Shown: piece by piece, positions 13,301-27,499 of the stretch
How positions within the stretch are numbered: position 1 is the stretch's first letter
Layout of the letters: the number at the start of each line of letters is the position of its first letter
DNA from: Eledone cirrhosa
Lineage: Eukaryota
Reading direction: 5' to 3'
NCBI GenBank assembly: GCA_964016885.1
Contig: OZ024744.1
Span: forward strand, 53,010,001 to 53,074,000
Length of the DNA: 64,000 bases
Notes under the pieces: model-generated
The model's input: the letters and a program-made list of their open reading frames with translations, nothing else
What the model was told of the DNA's origin: nothing
The model's database searches: none
Made by a program: the position numbers and the translations under genes

Positions 13301-16300
13301 GCACCTCTCTCTCAGTCTAGTGACAAGTGTAAGACATGTGACCAGTAAACACATCAACTACAAGACTACACCAGCACCTCTCTCTCTCAGTCTAGTGACA
13401 AGTGTAAGACATGTGACCAGTAAACACATCAACTACAAGACTACACCAGCACCACTCTCTCAGTCTAGTGACAAGTGTAAGCCATGTGACCAGTAAACAC
13501 ATCAACTACAAGACTACACCAGCACCTCTCTCTCAGTCTAGTGACAAGTGTAAGACATGTGACCAGTAAACATATCAACTACAAGACTACACCAGCACCT
13601 CTCTCTCAGTCTAGTGACAAGTATAAAACATGTGACCAGTAAACATATCAACTACAAGACTACACCAGCACCTCTCTCTCAGTCTAGTGACAAGTGTAAG
13701 ACATGTGACCAGTAAACATATCAACTACAAGACTACACCAGCACCTCTCTCTCAGTCTAGTGACAAGTGTAAGACATGTGACCAGTAAACACATCAACTA
13801 CAAGACTACACCAGCACCTCTCTCTCAGTCTAGTGACAAGTGTAAGTCATGTGACCAGTAAACATATCAACTACAAGACTACACCAGCACCTCTCTCTCA
13901 GTCTAGTGACAAGTGTAAGACATGTGACCAGTAAATACATCAACTACAAGACTACACCAGCACCTCTCTCTCAGTCTAGTGACAAGTGTAAGACATGTGA
14001 CCAGTAAACACATCAACTACAAGACTACACCAGCACCTCTCTCTCAGTCTAGTGACAAGTGTAAGACATGTGACCAGTAAACACATCAACTACAAGACTA
14101 CACCAGCACCTCTCTCTCAGTCTAGTGACAAGTGTAAGACATGTGACCAGTAAACATATCAACTACAAGACTACACCAGCACCTCTCTCTCAGTCTAGTG
14201 ACAAGTGTAAGCCATGTGACCAGTAAACATATCAACTACAAGACTACTCCAGCACCACTCTCTCTCAGTCTAGTGACAAGTGTAAGCCATGTGACCAGTA
14301 AACACATCAACTACAAGACTACACCAGCACCTCTCTCTCAGTCTAGTGACAAGTGTAAGACATGTGACCAGTAAATACATCAACTACAAGACTACACCAG
14401 CACCTCTCTCTCAGTCTAGTGACAAGTGTAAGACATGTGACCAGTAAACACATCAACTACAAGACTACACCAGCACCTCTCTCTCAGTCTAGTGACAAGT
14501 GTAAGACATGTGACCAGTAAACACATCAACTACAAGACTACACCAGCACCTCTCTCTCAGTCTAGTGACAAGTGTAAGACATGTGACCAGTAAACATATC
14601 AACTACAAGACTACACCAGCACCTCTCTCTCAGTCTAGTGACAAGTGTAAGACATGTGACCAGTAAACATATCAACTACAAGACTACACCAGCACCACTC
14701 TCTCAGTCTAGTGACAAGTGTAAGACATGTGACCAGTAAACATATCAACTACAAGACTACACCAGCACCTCTCTCTCAGTCTAGTGACAAGTGTAAGACA
14801 TGTGACCAGTAAATACATCAACTACAAGACTACACCAGCACCTCTCTCTCAGTCTAGTGACAAGTGTAACTCATGTGACCAGTAAACATATCAACTACAA
14901 GACTACACCAGCACCTCTCTCTCAGTCTAGTGACAAGTGTAAGACATGTGACCAGTAATTACATCAACTACAAGACTACACCAGCACCTCTCTCTCAGTC
15001 TAGTGACAAGTGTAAGTCATGTGACCAGTAAACACATCAACTACAAGACTACACCAGCACCTCTCTCTCAGTCTAGTGACAAGTGTAAGACATGTGACCA
15101 GTAAACATATCAACTACAAGACTACACCAGCACCTCTCTCTCAGTCTAGTGACAAGTGTAAGCCATGTGACCAGTAATCATATCAACTACAAGACTACAC
15201 CATCACCTCTCTCTCAGTCTAGTGACAAGTGTAAGACATGTGACCAGTAAACATATCAACTACAAGACTACACCATCACCTCTCTCTCAGTCTAGTGACA
15301 AGTGTAAGACATGTGACCAGTAAACATATCAACTACAAGACTACACCAGCCCCTCTCTCTCAGTCTAGTGACAAGTGTAAGACATGTGACCAGTAAACAT
15401 ATCAACTACAAGACTACACCAGCACCTCTCTCTCAGTCTACTGACAAGTGTAAGACATGTGACCAGTAAACATATCAACTACAAGACTACACCAGCACCA
15501 CTCTCTCAGTCTAGTGACAAGTGTAAGACATGTGACCAGTAAACATATCAACTACAAGACTACACCAGCACCTCTCTCTCAGTCTAGTGACAAGTGTAAG
15601 ACATGTGACCAGTAACTACATCAACTACAAGACTACACCAGCACCACTCTCTCAGTCTAGTGACAAGTGTAAGTCATGTGACCAGTAAACACATCAACTA
15701 CAAGACTACAACAGCACCACTCTCTCAGTCTACTGACAAGTGTAAGACATGTGACCAGTAAACATATCAACTACAAGACTACACCAGCACCTCTCTCTCA
15801 GTCTAGTGACAAGTGTAAGACATGTGACCAGTAAACATATCAACTACAAGACTACACCAGCACCTCTCTCTCAGTCTAGTGACAAGTGTAAGACATGTGA
15901 CCAGTAAACATATCAACTACAAGACTACACCAGCCCCTCTCTCTCAGTCTAGTGACAAGTGTAAGACTTGTGACCAGTAAACACATCAACTACAAGACTA
16001 CACCAGCACCTCTCTCTCAGTCTAGTGACAAGTGTAAGACATGTGACCAGTAAACATATCAACTACAAGACTACACCAGCACCTCTCTCTCAGTCTAGTG
16101 ACAAGTGTAAGACATGTGACCAGTAAACATATCAACTACAAGACTACACCAGCACCACTCTCTCAGTCTAGTGACAAGTGTAAGACATGTGACCAGTAAA
16201 TACATCAACTACAAGACTACACCAGCACCTCCCTCTCAGTCTAGTGACAAGTATGAAACATGTGACCAGTAAACATATCAACTACAAGACTACACCAGCA

Positions 16301-17149
16301 CCTCTCTCTCAGTCTAGTGACAAGTGTAAGACATGTGACCAGTAACTACATCAACTACAAGACTACACCAGCACCTCTCTCTCAGACTAGTGACAAGTGT
16401 AAGACATGTGACCAGTAAACATATCAACTACAAGACTACACCAGCACCTCTCTCTCAGTCTAGTGACAAGTGTAAGACATGTGACCAGTAAACATATCAA
16501 CTACAAGACTACACCAGCACCTCTCTCTCAGTCTAGTGACAAGTGTAAGACATGTGACCAGTAAACATATCAACTACAAGACTACACCAGCACCTCTCTC
16601 TCAGTCTAGTGACAAGTGTAAGACATGTGACCAGTAAACATATCAACTACAAGACTACACCAGCACCTCTCTCTCAGTCTAGTGACAAGTGTAAGTCATG
16701 TGACCAGTAAACACATCAACTACAAGACTACACCAGCACCTCTCTCTCAGTCTAGTGACAAGTGTAAGTCATGTGACCAGTAAACATATCAACTACAAGA
16801 CTACACCAGCACCTCTCTCTCAGTCTAGTGACAAGTGTAAGCCATGTGACCAGTAAACATATCAACTACAAGACTACTCCAGCACCACTCTCTCTCAGTC
16901 TAGTGACAAGTGTAAGCCATGTGACCAGTAAACACATCAACTACAAGACTACACCAGCACCTCTCTCTCAGTCTAGTGACAAGTGTAAGACATGTGACCA
17001 GTAAACATATCAACTACAAGACTACACCAGCACCTCTCTCTCAGTCTAGTGACAAGTGTAAGACATGTGACCAGTAAACATATCAACTACAAGACTACAC
17101 CAGCACCACTCTCTCAGTCTAGTTACAAGTGTAAGACATGTGACCAGTA

Positions 17150-20100
17150 AACATATCAACTACAAGACTACACCAGCACCTCTCTCTCAGTCTAGTGACA
17201 AGTGTAAGACATGTGACCAGTAAATACATCAACTACAAGACTACACCAGCACCTCTCTCTCAGTCTAGTGACAAGTGTAACTCATGTGACCAGTAAACAT
17301 ATCAACTACAAGACTACACCAGCACCTCTCTCTCAGTCTAGTGACAAGTGTAAGTCATGTGACCAGTAAACATATCAACTACAAGACTACACCAGCACCT
17401 CTCTCTCAGTCTAGTGACAAGTGTAAGACATGTGACGAGTAAACATATCAACTACAAGACTACACCAGCACCACTCTCTCAGTCTAGTGACAAGTGTAAG
17501 ACATGTGACCGGTAAACATATCAACTACAAGACTACACCAGCACCTCTCTCTCAGTCTAGTGACAAGTGTAAGACATGTGACCAGTAAATACATCAACTA
17601 CAAAACTACACCAGCACCTCTCTCTCAGTCTAGTGACAAGTGTAACTCATGTGACCAGTAAACATATCAACTACAAGACTACACCAGCACCTCTCTCTCA
17701 GTCTAGTGACAAGTGTAAGACATGTGACCATTAATTACATCAACTACAAGACTACACCAGCACCTCTCTCTCAGTCTAGTGACAAGTGTAAGTCATGTGA
17801 CCAGTAAACACATCAACTACAAGACTACACCAGCACCTCTCTCTCAGTCTAGTGACAAGTGTAAGACATGTGACCAGTAAACATATCAACTACAAGACTA
17901 CACCAGCACCTCTCTCTCAGTCTAGTGACAAGTGTAAGCCATGTGACCAGTAAACATATCAACTACAAGACTACACCAGCACCTCTCTCTCAGTCTACTG
18001 ACAAGTGTAAGACATGTGACCAGTAAACATATCAACTACAAGACTACACCAGCACCTCTCTCTCAGTCTAGTGACAAGTGTAAGACATGTGACCAGTAAA
18101 CATATCAACTACAAGACTACACCAGCACCTCTCTCTCAGTCTAGTGACAAGTGTAAGTCATGTGACCAGTAAACACATCAACTACAAGACTACACCAGCA
18201 CCACTCTCTCAGTCTACTGACAAGTGTAAGACATGTGACCAGTAAACATATCAACTACAAGACTACACCAGCACCTCTCTCTCAGTCTAGTGACAAGTGT
18301 AAGACATGTGACCAGTAAACATATCAACTACAAGACTACACCAGCACCTCTCTCTCAGTCTAGTGACAAGTGTAAGACATGTGACCAGTAAACATATCAA
18401 CTACAAGACTACACCAGCACCACTCTCTCAGTCTAGTGACAAGTGTAAGACATGTGACCAGTAAACACATCAACTACAAGACTACACCAGCACCTCTCTC
18501 TCAGTCTAGTGACAAGTATAAAACATGTGACCAGTAAACATATCAACTACAAGACTACACCAGCACCTCTCTCTCAGTCTAGTGACAAGTGTAAGACATG
18601 TGACCAGTAACTACATCAACTACAAGACTACACCAGCACCTCTCTCTCAGACTAGTGACAAGTGTAAGACATGTGACCAGTAAACATATCAACTACAAGA
18701 CTACACCAGCACCTCTCTCTCAGTCTAGTGACAAGTGTAAGACATGTGACCAGTAAACATATCAACTACAAGACTACACCAGCACCTCTCTCTCAGTCTA
18801 GTGACAAGTGTAAGACATGTGACCAGTAAACACATCAAATACAAGACTACACCAGCACAACTCTCTCAGTCTAGTGACAAGTGTAAGACATGTGACCAGT
18901 AAACATATCAACTACAAGACTACACCAGCACCTCTCTCTCAGTCTAGTGACAAGTGTAAGCCATGTGACCAGTAACTACATCAACTACAAGACTACACCA
19001 GCAACACTCTCTCAGTCTAGTGACAAGTGTAAGACATGTGACCAGTAAACATATCAACTACAAGACTACACCAGCACCTCTCTCTCAGTCTAGTGACAAG
19101 TGTAAGACAGGTGACCAGTAAACATATCAACTACAAGACTACACCAGCACCACTCTCTCAGTCTAGTGACAAGTGTAAGCCATGTGACCAGTAAACATAT
19201 CAACTACAAGACTACACCAGCACCTCTCTCTCAGTCTAGTGACAAGTGTAAGACATGTGACCAGTAAACACATCAACTACAAGACTACACCAGCTCCTCT
19301 CTCTCAGTCTAGTGACAAGTGTAAGACATGTGACCAGTAAACATATCAACTACAAGACTACACCAGCACCACTCTCTCAGTTTAGTGACAAGTGTAAGAC
19401 ATGTGACCAGTAAACATATCAACTACAAGACTACACCAGCACCTCTCTCTCAGTCTAGTGACAAGTGTAAGACATGTGACCAGTAAACACATCAAATACA
19501 AGACTACACCAGCACAACTCTCTCAGTCTAGTGACAAGTGTAAGACATGTGACCAGTAAACATATCAACTACAAGACTACACCAGCACCTCTCTCTCAGT
19601 CTAGTGACAAGTGTAAGCCATGTGACCAGTAACTACATCAACTACAAGACTACACCAGCAACACTCTCTCAGTCTAGTGACAAGTGTAAGACATGTGACC
19701 AGTAAACATATCAACTACAAGACTACACCAGCACCTCTCTCTCAGTCTAGTGACAAGTGTAAGACAGGTGACCAGTAAACATATCAACTACAAGACTACA
19801 CCAGCACCACTCTCTCAGTCTAGTGACAAGTGTAAGCCATGTGACCAGTAAACATATCAACTACAAGACTACACCAGCACCTCTCTCTCAGTCTAGTGAC
19901 AAGTGTAAGACATGTGACCAGTAAACACATCAACTACAAGACTACACCAGCTCCTCTCTCTCAGTCTAGTGACAAGTGTAAGACATGTGACCAGTAAACA
20001 TATCAACTACAAGACTACACCAGCACCACTCTCTCAGTTTAGTGACAAGTGTAAGACATGTGACCAGTAAACATATCAACTACAACACTACACCAGCCTC

Positions 20101-22300
20101 TCTCTCTCAGTCTAGTGACAAGTGTAAGACATGTGACCAGTAAACATATCAACTACAAGACTACACGAGCACCACTCTCTCTCAGTCTAGTGACAAGTGT
20201 AAGCCATGTGACCAGTAAACATATCAACTACAAGACTACACCAGCACCTCTCTCTCAGTCTACTGACAAGTGTAAGACATGTGACCAGTAAACATATCAA
20301 CTACAAGACTACACCAGCACCTCTCTCTCAGTCTAGTGACAAGTGTAAGACATGTGACCAGTAAACATATCAACTACAAGACTACACCAGCACCTCTCTC
20401 TCAGTCTAGTGACAAGTGTAAGTCATGTGACCAGTAAACACATCAACTACAAGACTACACCAGCACCACCCTCTCAGTCTACTGACAAGTGTAAGACATG
20501 TGACCAGTAAACATATCAACTACAAGACTACACCAGCACCTCTCTCTCAGTCTAGTGACAAGTGTAAGACATGTGACCAGTAAACATATCAACTACAAGA
20601 CTACACCAGCACCTCTCTCTCAGTCTAGTGACAAGTGTAAGACATGTGACCAGTAAACATATCAACTACAAGACTACACCAGCACCACTCTCTCAGTCTA
20701 GTGACAAGTGTAAGACATGTGACCAGTAAACACATCAACTACAAGACTACACCAGCACCTCTCTCTCAGTCTAGTGACAAGTATAAAACATGTGACCAGT
20801 AAACATATCAACTACAAGACTACACCATCACCTCTCTCTAAGTCTAGTGACAAGTGTAAGTCATGTGACCAGTAAACATATCAACTACAAGACTACACCA
20901 TCACCTCTCTCTAAGTCTAGTGACAAGTGTAAGACATGTGACCAGTAAATATATCAACTACAAGACTACACCAGTACCTCTCTCTCAGTCTAGTGACAAG
21001 TGTAAGACATGTGACCAGTAAACATATCAACTACAAGACTACACCAGCACCTCTCTCTCAGTCTAGTGACAAGTGTAAGACATGTGACCAGTAAACATAT
21101 CAACTACAAGACTACACCAGCACCACTCTCTCAGTCTAGTGACAAGTGTAAGACATGTGACCAGTAAACATATCAACTACAAGACTACACCAGCACCTCT
21201 CTCTCAGTCTAGTGACAAGTGTAAGACATGTGACCAGTAAATACATCAACTACAAGACTACACCAGCACCTCTCTCTCAGTCTAGTGACAAGTGTAACTC
21301 ATGTGACCAGTAAACATATCAACTACAAGACTACACCAGCACCTCTCTCTCAGTCTAGTGACAAGTGTAAGTCATGTGACCAGTAAACATATCAACTACA
21401 AGACTACACCAGCACCTCTCTCTCAGTCTAGTGACAAGTGTAAGACATGTGACGAGTAAACATATCAACTACAAGACTACACCAGCACCACTCTCTCAGT
21501 CTAGTGACAAGTGTAAGACATGTGACCGGTAAACATATCAACTACAAGACTACACCAGCACCTCTCTCTCAGTCTAGTGACAAGTGTAAGACATGTGACC
21601 AGTAAATACATCAACTACAAAACTACACCAGCACCTCTCTCTCAGTCTAGTGACAAGTGTAACTCATGTGACCAGTAAACATATCAACTACAAGACTACA
21701 CCAGCACCTCTCTCTCAGTCTAGTGACAAGTGTAAGACATGTGACCATTAATTACATCAACTACAAGACTACACCAGCACCTCTCTCTCAGTCTAGTGAC
21801 AAGTGTAAGTCATGTGACCAGTAAACACATCAACTACAAGACTACACCAGCACCTCTCTCTCAGTCTAGTGACAAGTGTAAGACATGTGACCAGTAAACA
21901 TATCAACTACAAGACTACACCAGCACCTCTCTCTCAGTCTAGTGACAAGTGTAAGCCATGTGACCAGTAAACATATCAACTACAAGACTACACCAGCACC
22001 TCTCTCTCAGTCTACTGACAAGTGTAAGACATGTGACCAGTAAACATATCAACTACAAGACTACACCAGCACCTCTCTCTCAGTCTAGTGACAAGTGTAA
22101 GACATGTGACCAGTAAACATATCAACTACAAGACTACACCAGCACCTCTCTCTCAGTCTAGTGACAAGTGTAAGTCATGTGACCAGTAAACACATCAACT
22201 ACAAGACTACACCAGCACCACTCTCTCAGTCTACTGACAAGTGTAAGACATGTGACCAGTAAACATATCAACTACAAGACTACACCAGCACCTCTCTCTC
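17150..22300. repeat. Block duplication: ~17150-18300 recurs at ~21170-22300 (offset 55 monomers)
   Basis: Rare markers GACGAGT (17434/21451), GACCGGT, CAAAACT, CCATTAATT in the same order; offset 4017 = 55x73+2. Confidence 0.88.
18730..20080. repeat. Tandem 9-monomer (657 bp) higher-order duplication
   Basis: AGCACAACT at 18854/19511 and CAGCTCC at 19291/19948; offset 657 = 9x73. Confidence 0.9.
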
Positions 22301-25300
22301 AGTCTAGTGACAAGTGTAAGACATGTGACCAGTAACTACATCAACTACAAGACTACACCAGCACCTCTCTCTCAGACTAGTGACAAGTGTAAGACATGTG
22401 ACCAGTAAACATATCAACTACAAGACTACACCAGCACCTCTCTCTCAGTCTAGTGACAAGTGTAAGACATGTGACCAGTAAACATATCAACTACAAGACT
22501 ACACCAGCACCTCTCTCTCAGTCTAGTGACAAGTGTAAGACATGTGACCAGTAAACACATCAAATACAAGACTACACCAGCACCACTCTCTCAGTCTAGT
22601 GACAAGTGTAAGACATGTGACCAGTAAACATATCAACTACAAGACTACACCAGCACCTCTCTCTCAGTCTAGTGACAAGTGTAAGCCATGTGACCAGTAA
22701 CTACATCAACTACAAGACTACACCAGCAACACTCTCTCAGTCTAGTGACAAGTGTAAGACATGTGACCAGTAAACATATCAACTACAAGACTACACCAGC
22801 ACCTCTCTCTCAGTCTAGTGACAAGTGTAAGACAGGTGACCAGTAAACATATCAACTACAAGACTACACCAGCACCACTCTCTCAGTCTAGTGACAAGTG
22901 TAAGCCATGTGACCAGTAAACATATCAACTACAAGACTACACCAGCACCTCTCTCTCAGTCTAGTGACAAGTGTAAGACATGTGACCAGTAAACACATCA
23001 ACTACAAGACTACACCAGCTCCTCTCTCTCAGTCTAGTGACAAGTGTAAGACATGTGACCAGTAAACATATCAACTACAAGACTACACCAGCACCACTCT
23101 CTCAGTTTAGTGACAAGTGTAAGACATGTGACCAGTAAACATATCAACTACAACACTACACCAGCCCCTCTCTCTCAGTCTAGTGACAAGTGTAAGACAT
23201 GTGACCAGTAAACATATCAACTACAAGACTACACGAGCACCACTCTCTCTCAGTCTAGTGACAAGTGTAAGCCATGTGACCAGTAAACATATCAACTACA
23301 AGACTACACCAGCACCTCTCTCTAAGTCTACTGACAAGTGTAAGACATGTGACCAGTAAACATATCAACTACAAGACTACACCAGCACCTCTCTCTCAGT
23401 CTAGTGACAAGTGTAAGACATGTGACCAGTAAACATATCAACTACAAGACTACACCAGCACCTCTCTCTCAGTCTAGTGACAAGTGTAAGTCATGTGACC
23501 AGTAAACACATCAACTACAAGACTACACCAGCACCACTCTCTCAGTCTACTGACAAGTGTAAGACATGTGACCAGTAAACATATCAACTACAAGACTACA
23601 CCAGCACCTCTCTCTCAGTCTAGTGACAAGTGTAAGACATGTGACCAGTAAACACATCAACTACAAGACTACACCAGCACCTCTCTCTCAGTCTAGTGAC
23701 AAGTGTAAGACATGTGACCAGTAAACATATCAACTACAAGACTACACCAGCACCTCTCTCTCAGTCTAGTGACAAGTGTAAGACATGTGACCAGTAAACA
23801 TATCAACTACAAGACTACACCAGCACCACTCTCTCAGTCTAGTGACAAGTGTAAGACATGTGACCAGTAAACACATCAACTACAAGACTACACCAGCACC
23901 TCTCTCTCAGTCTAGTGACAAGTATAAAACATGTGACCAGTAAACATATCAACTACAAGACTACACCATCACCTCTCTCTAAGTCTAGTGACAAGTGTAA
24001 GTCATGTGACCAGTAAACATATCAACTACAAGACTACACCATCACCTCTCTCTAAGTCTAGTGACAAGTGTAAGACATGTGACCAGTAAATATATCAACT
24101 ACAAGACTACACCAGTACCTCTCTCTCAGTCTAGTGACAAGTGTAAGACATGTGACCAGTAAACATATCAACTACAAGACTACACCAGCACCACTCTCTC
24201 AGTCTAGTGACAAGTGTAAGCCATGTGACCAGTAAACACATCAACTACAAGACTACACCAGCACCTCTCTCTCAGTCTAGTGACAAGTGTAAGACATGTG
24301 ACCAGTAAACATATCAACTACAAGACTACACCAGCACCTCTCTCTCAGTCTAGTGACAAGTGTAAGACATGTGACCAGTAAACATATCAACTACAAGACT
24401 ACACCATCACCTCTCTCTAAGTCTAGTGACAAGTGTAAGACGTGACCAGTAAACATATCAACTACAAGACTACACCAGCACCTCTCTCTAAGTCTAGTGA
24501 CAAGTGTAAGCCATGTGACCAGTAAACATATCAACTACAAGACTACACCAGCACCTCTCTCTCAGTCTAGTGACAAGTGTAAGACATGTGACCTGTAAAC
24601 ATATCAACTACATGACTACACCAGCACCACTCTCTCAGTCTAGTGACAAGTGTAAGACATGTGACCAGTAAACATATCAACTACAAGACTACACCAGCAC
24701 CTCTCTCTCAGTCTAGTGACAAGTGTAAGACATGTGAACAGTAAACATATCAACTACAAGACTACACCATCACCTCTCTCTAAGTCTAGTGACAAGTGTA
24801 AGACATGTGACCAGTAAACATATCAACTACAAGACTACACCAGCACCTCTCTCTAAGTCTAGTGACAAGTGTAAGCCATGTGACCAGTAAACATATCAAC
24901 TACAAGACTACACCAGCACCTCTCTCTCAGTCTAGTGACAAGTGTAAGACATGTGACCAGTAAACATATCAACTACATGACTACACCAGCACCACTCTCT
25001 CAGTCTAGTGACAAGTGTAAGACATGTGACCAGTAAACATATCAACTACAAGACTACACCAGCACCTCTCTCTCAGTCTAGTGACAAGTGTAAGACATGT
25101 GAACAGTAAACATATCAACTACAAGACTACACCAGCACCTCTCTCTCAGTCTAGTGACAACTGTAAGCCATGTGACCAGTAAACATATCAACTACAAGAC
25201 TACACCAGCACCACTCTCTCTCAGTCTAGTGACAAGTATAAGACATGTGACCAGTAAACATATCAACTACAAGACTACACCAGCACCACTCTCTCAGTTT

Positions 25301-27499
25301 AGTGACAAGTGTAAGACATGTGACCAGTAAACATATCAACTACAACACTACACCAGCCCCTCTCTCTCAGTCTAGTGACAAGTGTAAGACATGTGACCAG
25401 TAAACATATCAACTACAAGACTACACGAGCACCACTCTCTCTCAGTCTAGTGACAAGTGTAAGACATGTGACCAGTAAACATATCAACTACAAGACTACA
25501 CCAGCACCTCTCTCTCAGTCTAGTGACAAGTGTAAGACATGTGACCAGTAAACATATCAACTACAAGACTACACCAGCACCTCTCTCTCAGTCTACTGAC
25601 AAGTGTAAGACATGTGACCAGTAAACATATCAACTACAAGACTACACCAGCACCTCTCTCTCAGTCTAGTGACAAGTGTAAGACATGTGTCCAGTAAACA
25701 TATCAACTACAAGACTACACCAGCACCTCTCTCTCAGTCTAGTGACAAGTGTAAGACATGTGACCAGTAAACATATCAACTACAAGACTACACCAGCACC
25801 ACTCTCTCAGTCTAGTGACAAGTGTAAGACATGTGACCAGTAAACACATCAACTACAAGACTACACCAGCACCTCTCTCTCAGTCTAGTGACAAGTGTAA
25901 GTCATGTGACCAGTAAACACATCAACTACAAGACTACACCAGCACCTCTCTCTCAGTTTAGTGACAAGTGTAAGACAAGTGAACAGTAAACATATCAACT
26001 ACAAGACTACACCAGCACCTCTCTCTCAGTCTAGTGACAAGTGTAAGTCATGTGACCAGTAAACATATCAACTACAAGACTACACAAGCACCTCTCTCTC
26101 AGTCTAGTGACAAGTGTAAGCCATGTGACCAGTAAACATATCAACTACAAGACTACTCCAGCACCACTCTCTCTCAGTCTAGTGACAAGTGTAAGACATG
26201 TGATCAGTAAACATATCAACTACAAGACTACACCAGCACCTCTCTCTCAGTCTAGTGACAAGTGTAAGGCATGTGACCAGTAAACACATCAACTACAAGA
26301 CTACACCAGCACCTCTCTCTCAGTCTAGTGACAAGTGTAAGACATGTGACCAGTAAACATATCAACTACAAGACTACACCAGCACCTCTCTCTCAGTCTA
26401 GTGACAAGTGTAAGACATGTGACCAGTAAACATATCAACTACAAGACTACACCAGCACCACTCTCTCAGTCTAGTGACAAGTGTAAGACATGTGACCAGT
26501 AAACATATCAACTACAAGACTACACCAGCACCTCTCTCTCAGTCTAGTGACAAGTGTAAGACATGTGACCAGTAAATACATCAACTACAAGACTACACCA
26601 GCACCTCTCTCTCAGTCTAGTGACAAGTGTAACTCATGTGACCAGTAAACATATCAACTACAAGACTACACCAGCACCTCTCTCTCAGTCTAGTGACAAG
26701 TGTAAGACATGTGACCAGTAATTACATCAACTACAAGACTACACCAGCACCTCTCTCTCAGTCTAGTGACAAGTGTAAGTCATGTGACCAGTAAACACAT
26801 CAACTACAAGACTACACCAGCACCTCTCTCTCAGTCTAGTGACAAGTGTAAGCCATGTGACCAGTAAACATATCAACTACAAGACTACACCAGCACCTCT
26901 CTCTCAGTCTACTGACAAGTGTAAGACATGTGACCAGTAAACATATCAACTACAAGACTACACCAGCACCTCTCTCTCAGTCTAGTGACAAGTGTAAGAC
27001 ATGTGACCAGTAAACATATCAACTACAAGACTACACCAGCACCTCTCTCTCAGTCTAGTGACAAGTGTAAGTCATGTGACCAGTAAACACATCAACTACA
27101 AGACTACACCAGCACCACTCTCTCAGTCTACTGACAAGTGTAAGACATGTGACCAGTAAACATATCAACTACAAGACTACACCAGCACCTCTCTCTCAGT
27201 CTAGTGACAAGTGTAAGACATGTGACCAGTAAACATATCAACTACAAGACTACACCAGCACCTCTCTCTCAGTCTAGTGACAAGTGTAACACATGTGACC
27301 AGTAAACATATCAACTACAAGACTACACCAGCACCACTCTCTCAGTCTAGTGACAAGTGTAAGACATGTGACCAGTAAACACATCAACTACAAGACTACA
27401 CCAGCACCTCTCTCTCAGTCTAGTGACAAGTATAAAACATGTGACCAGTAAACATATCAACTACAAGACTACACCAGCACCACTCTCTCAGTCTAGTGA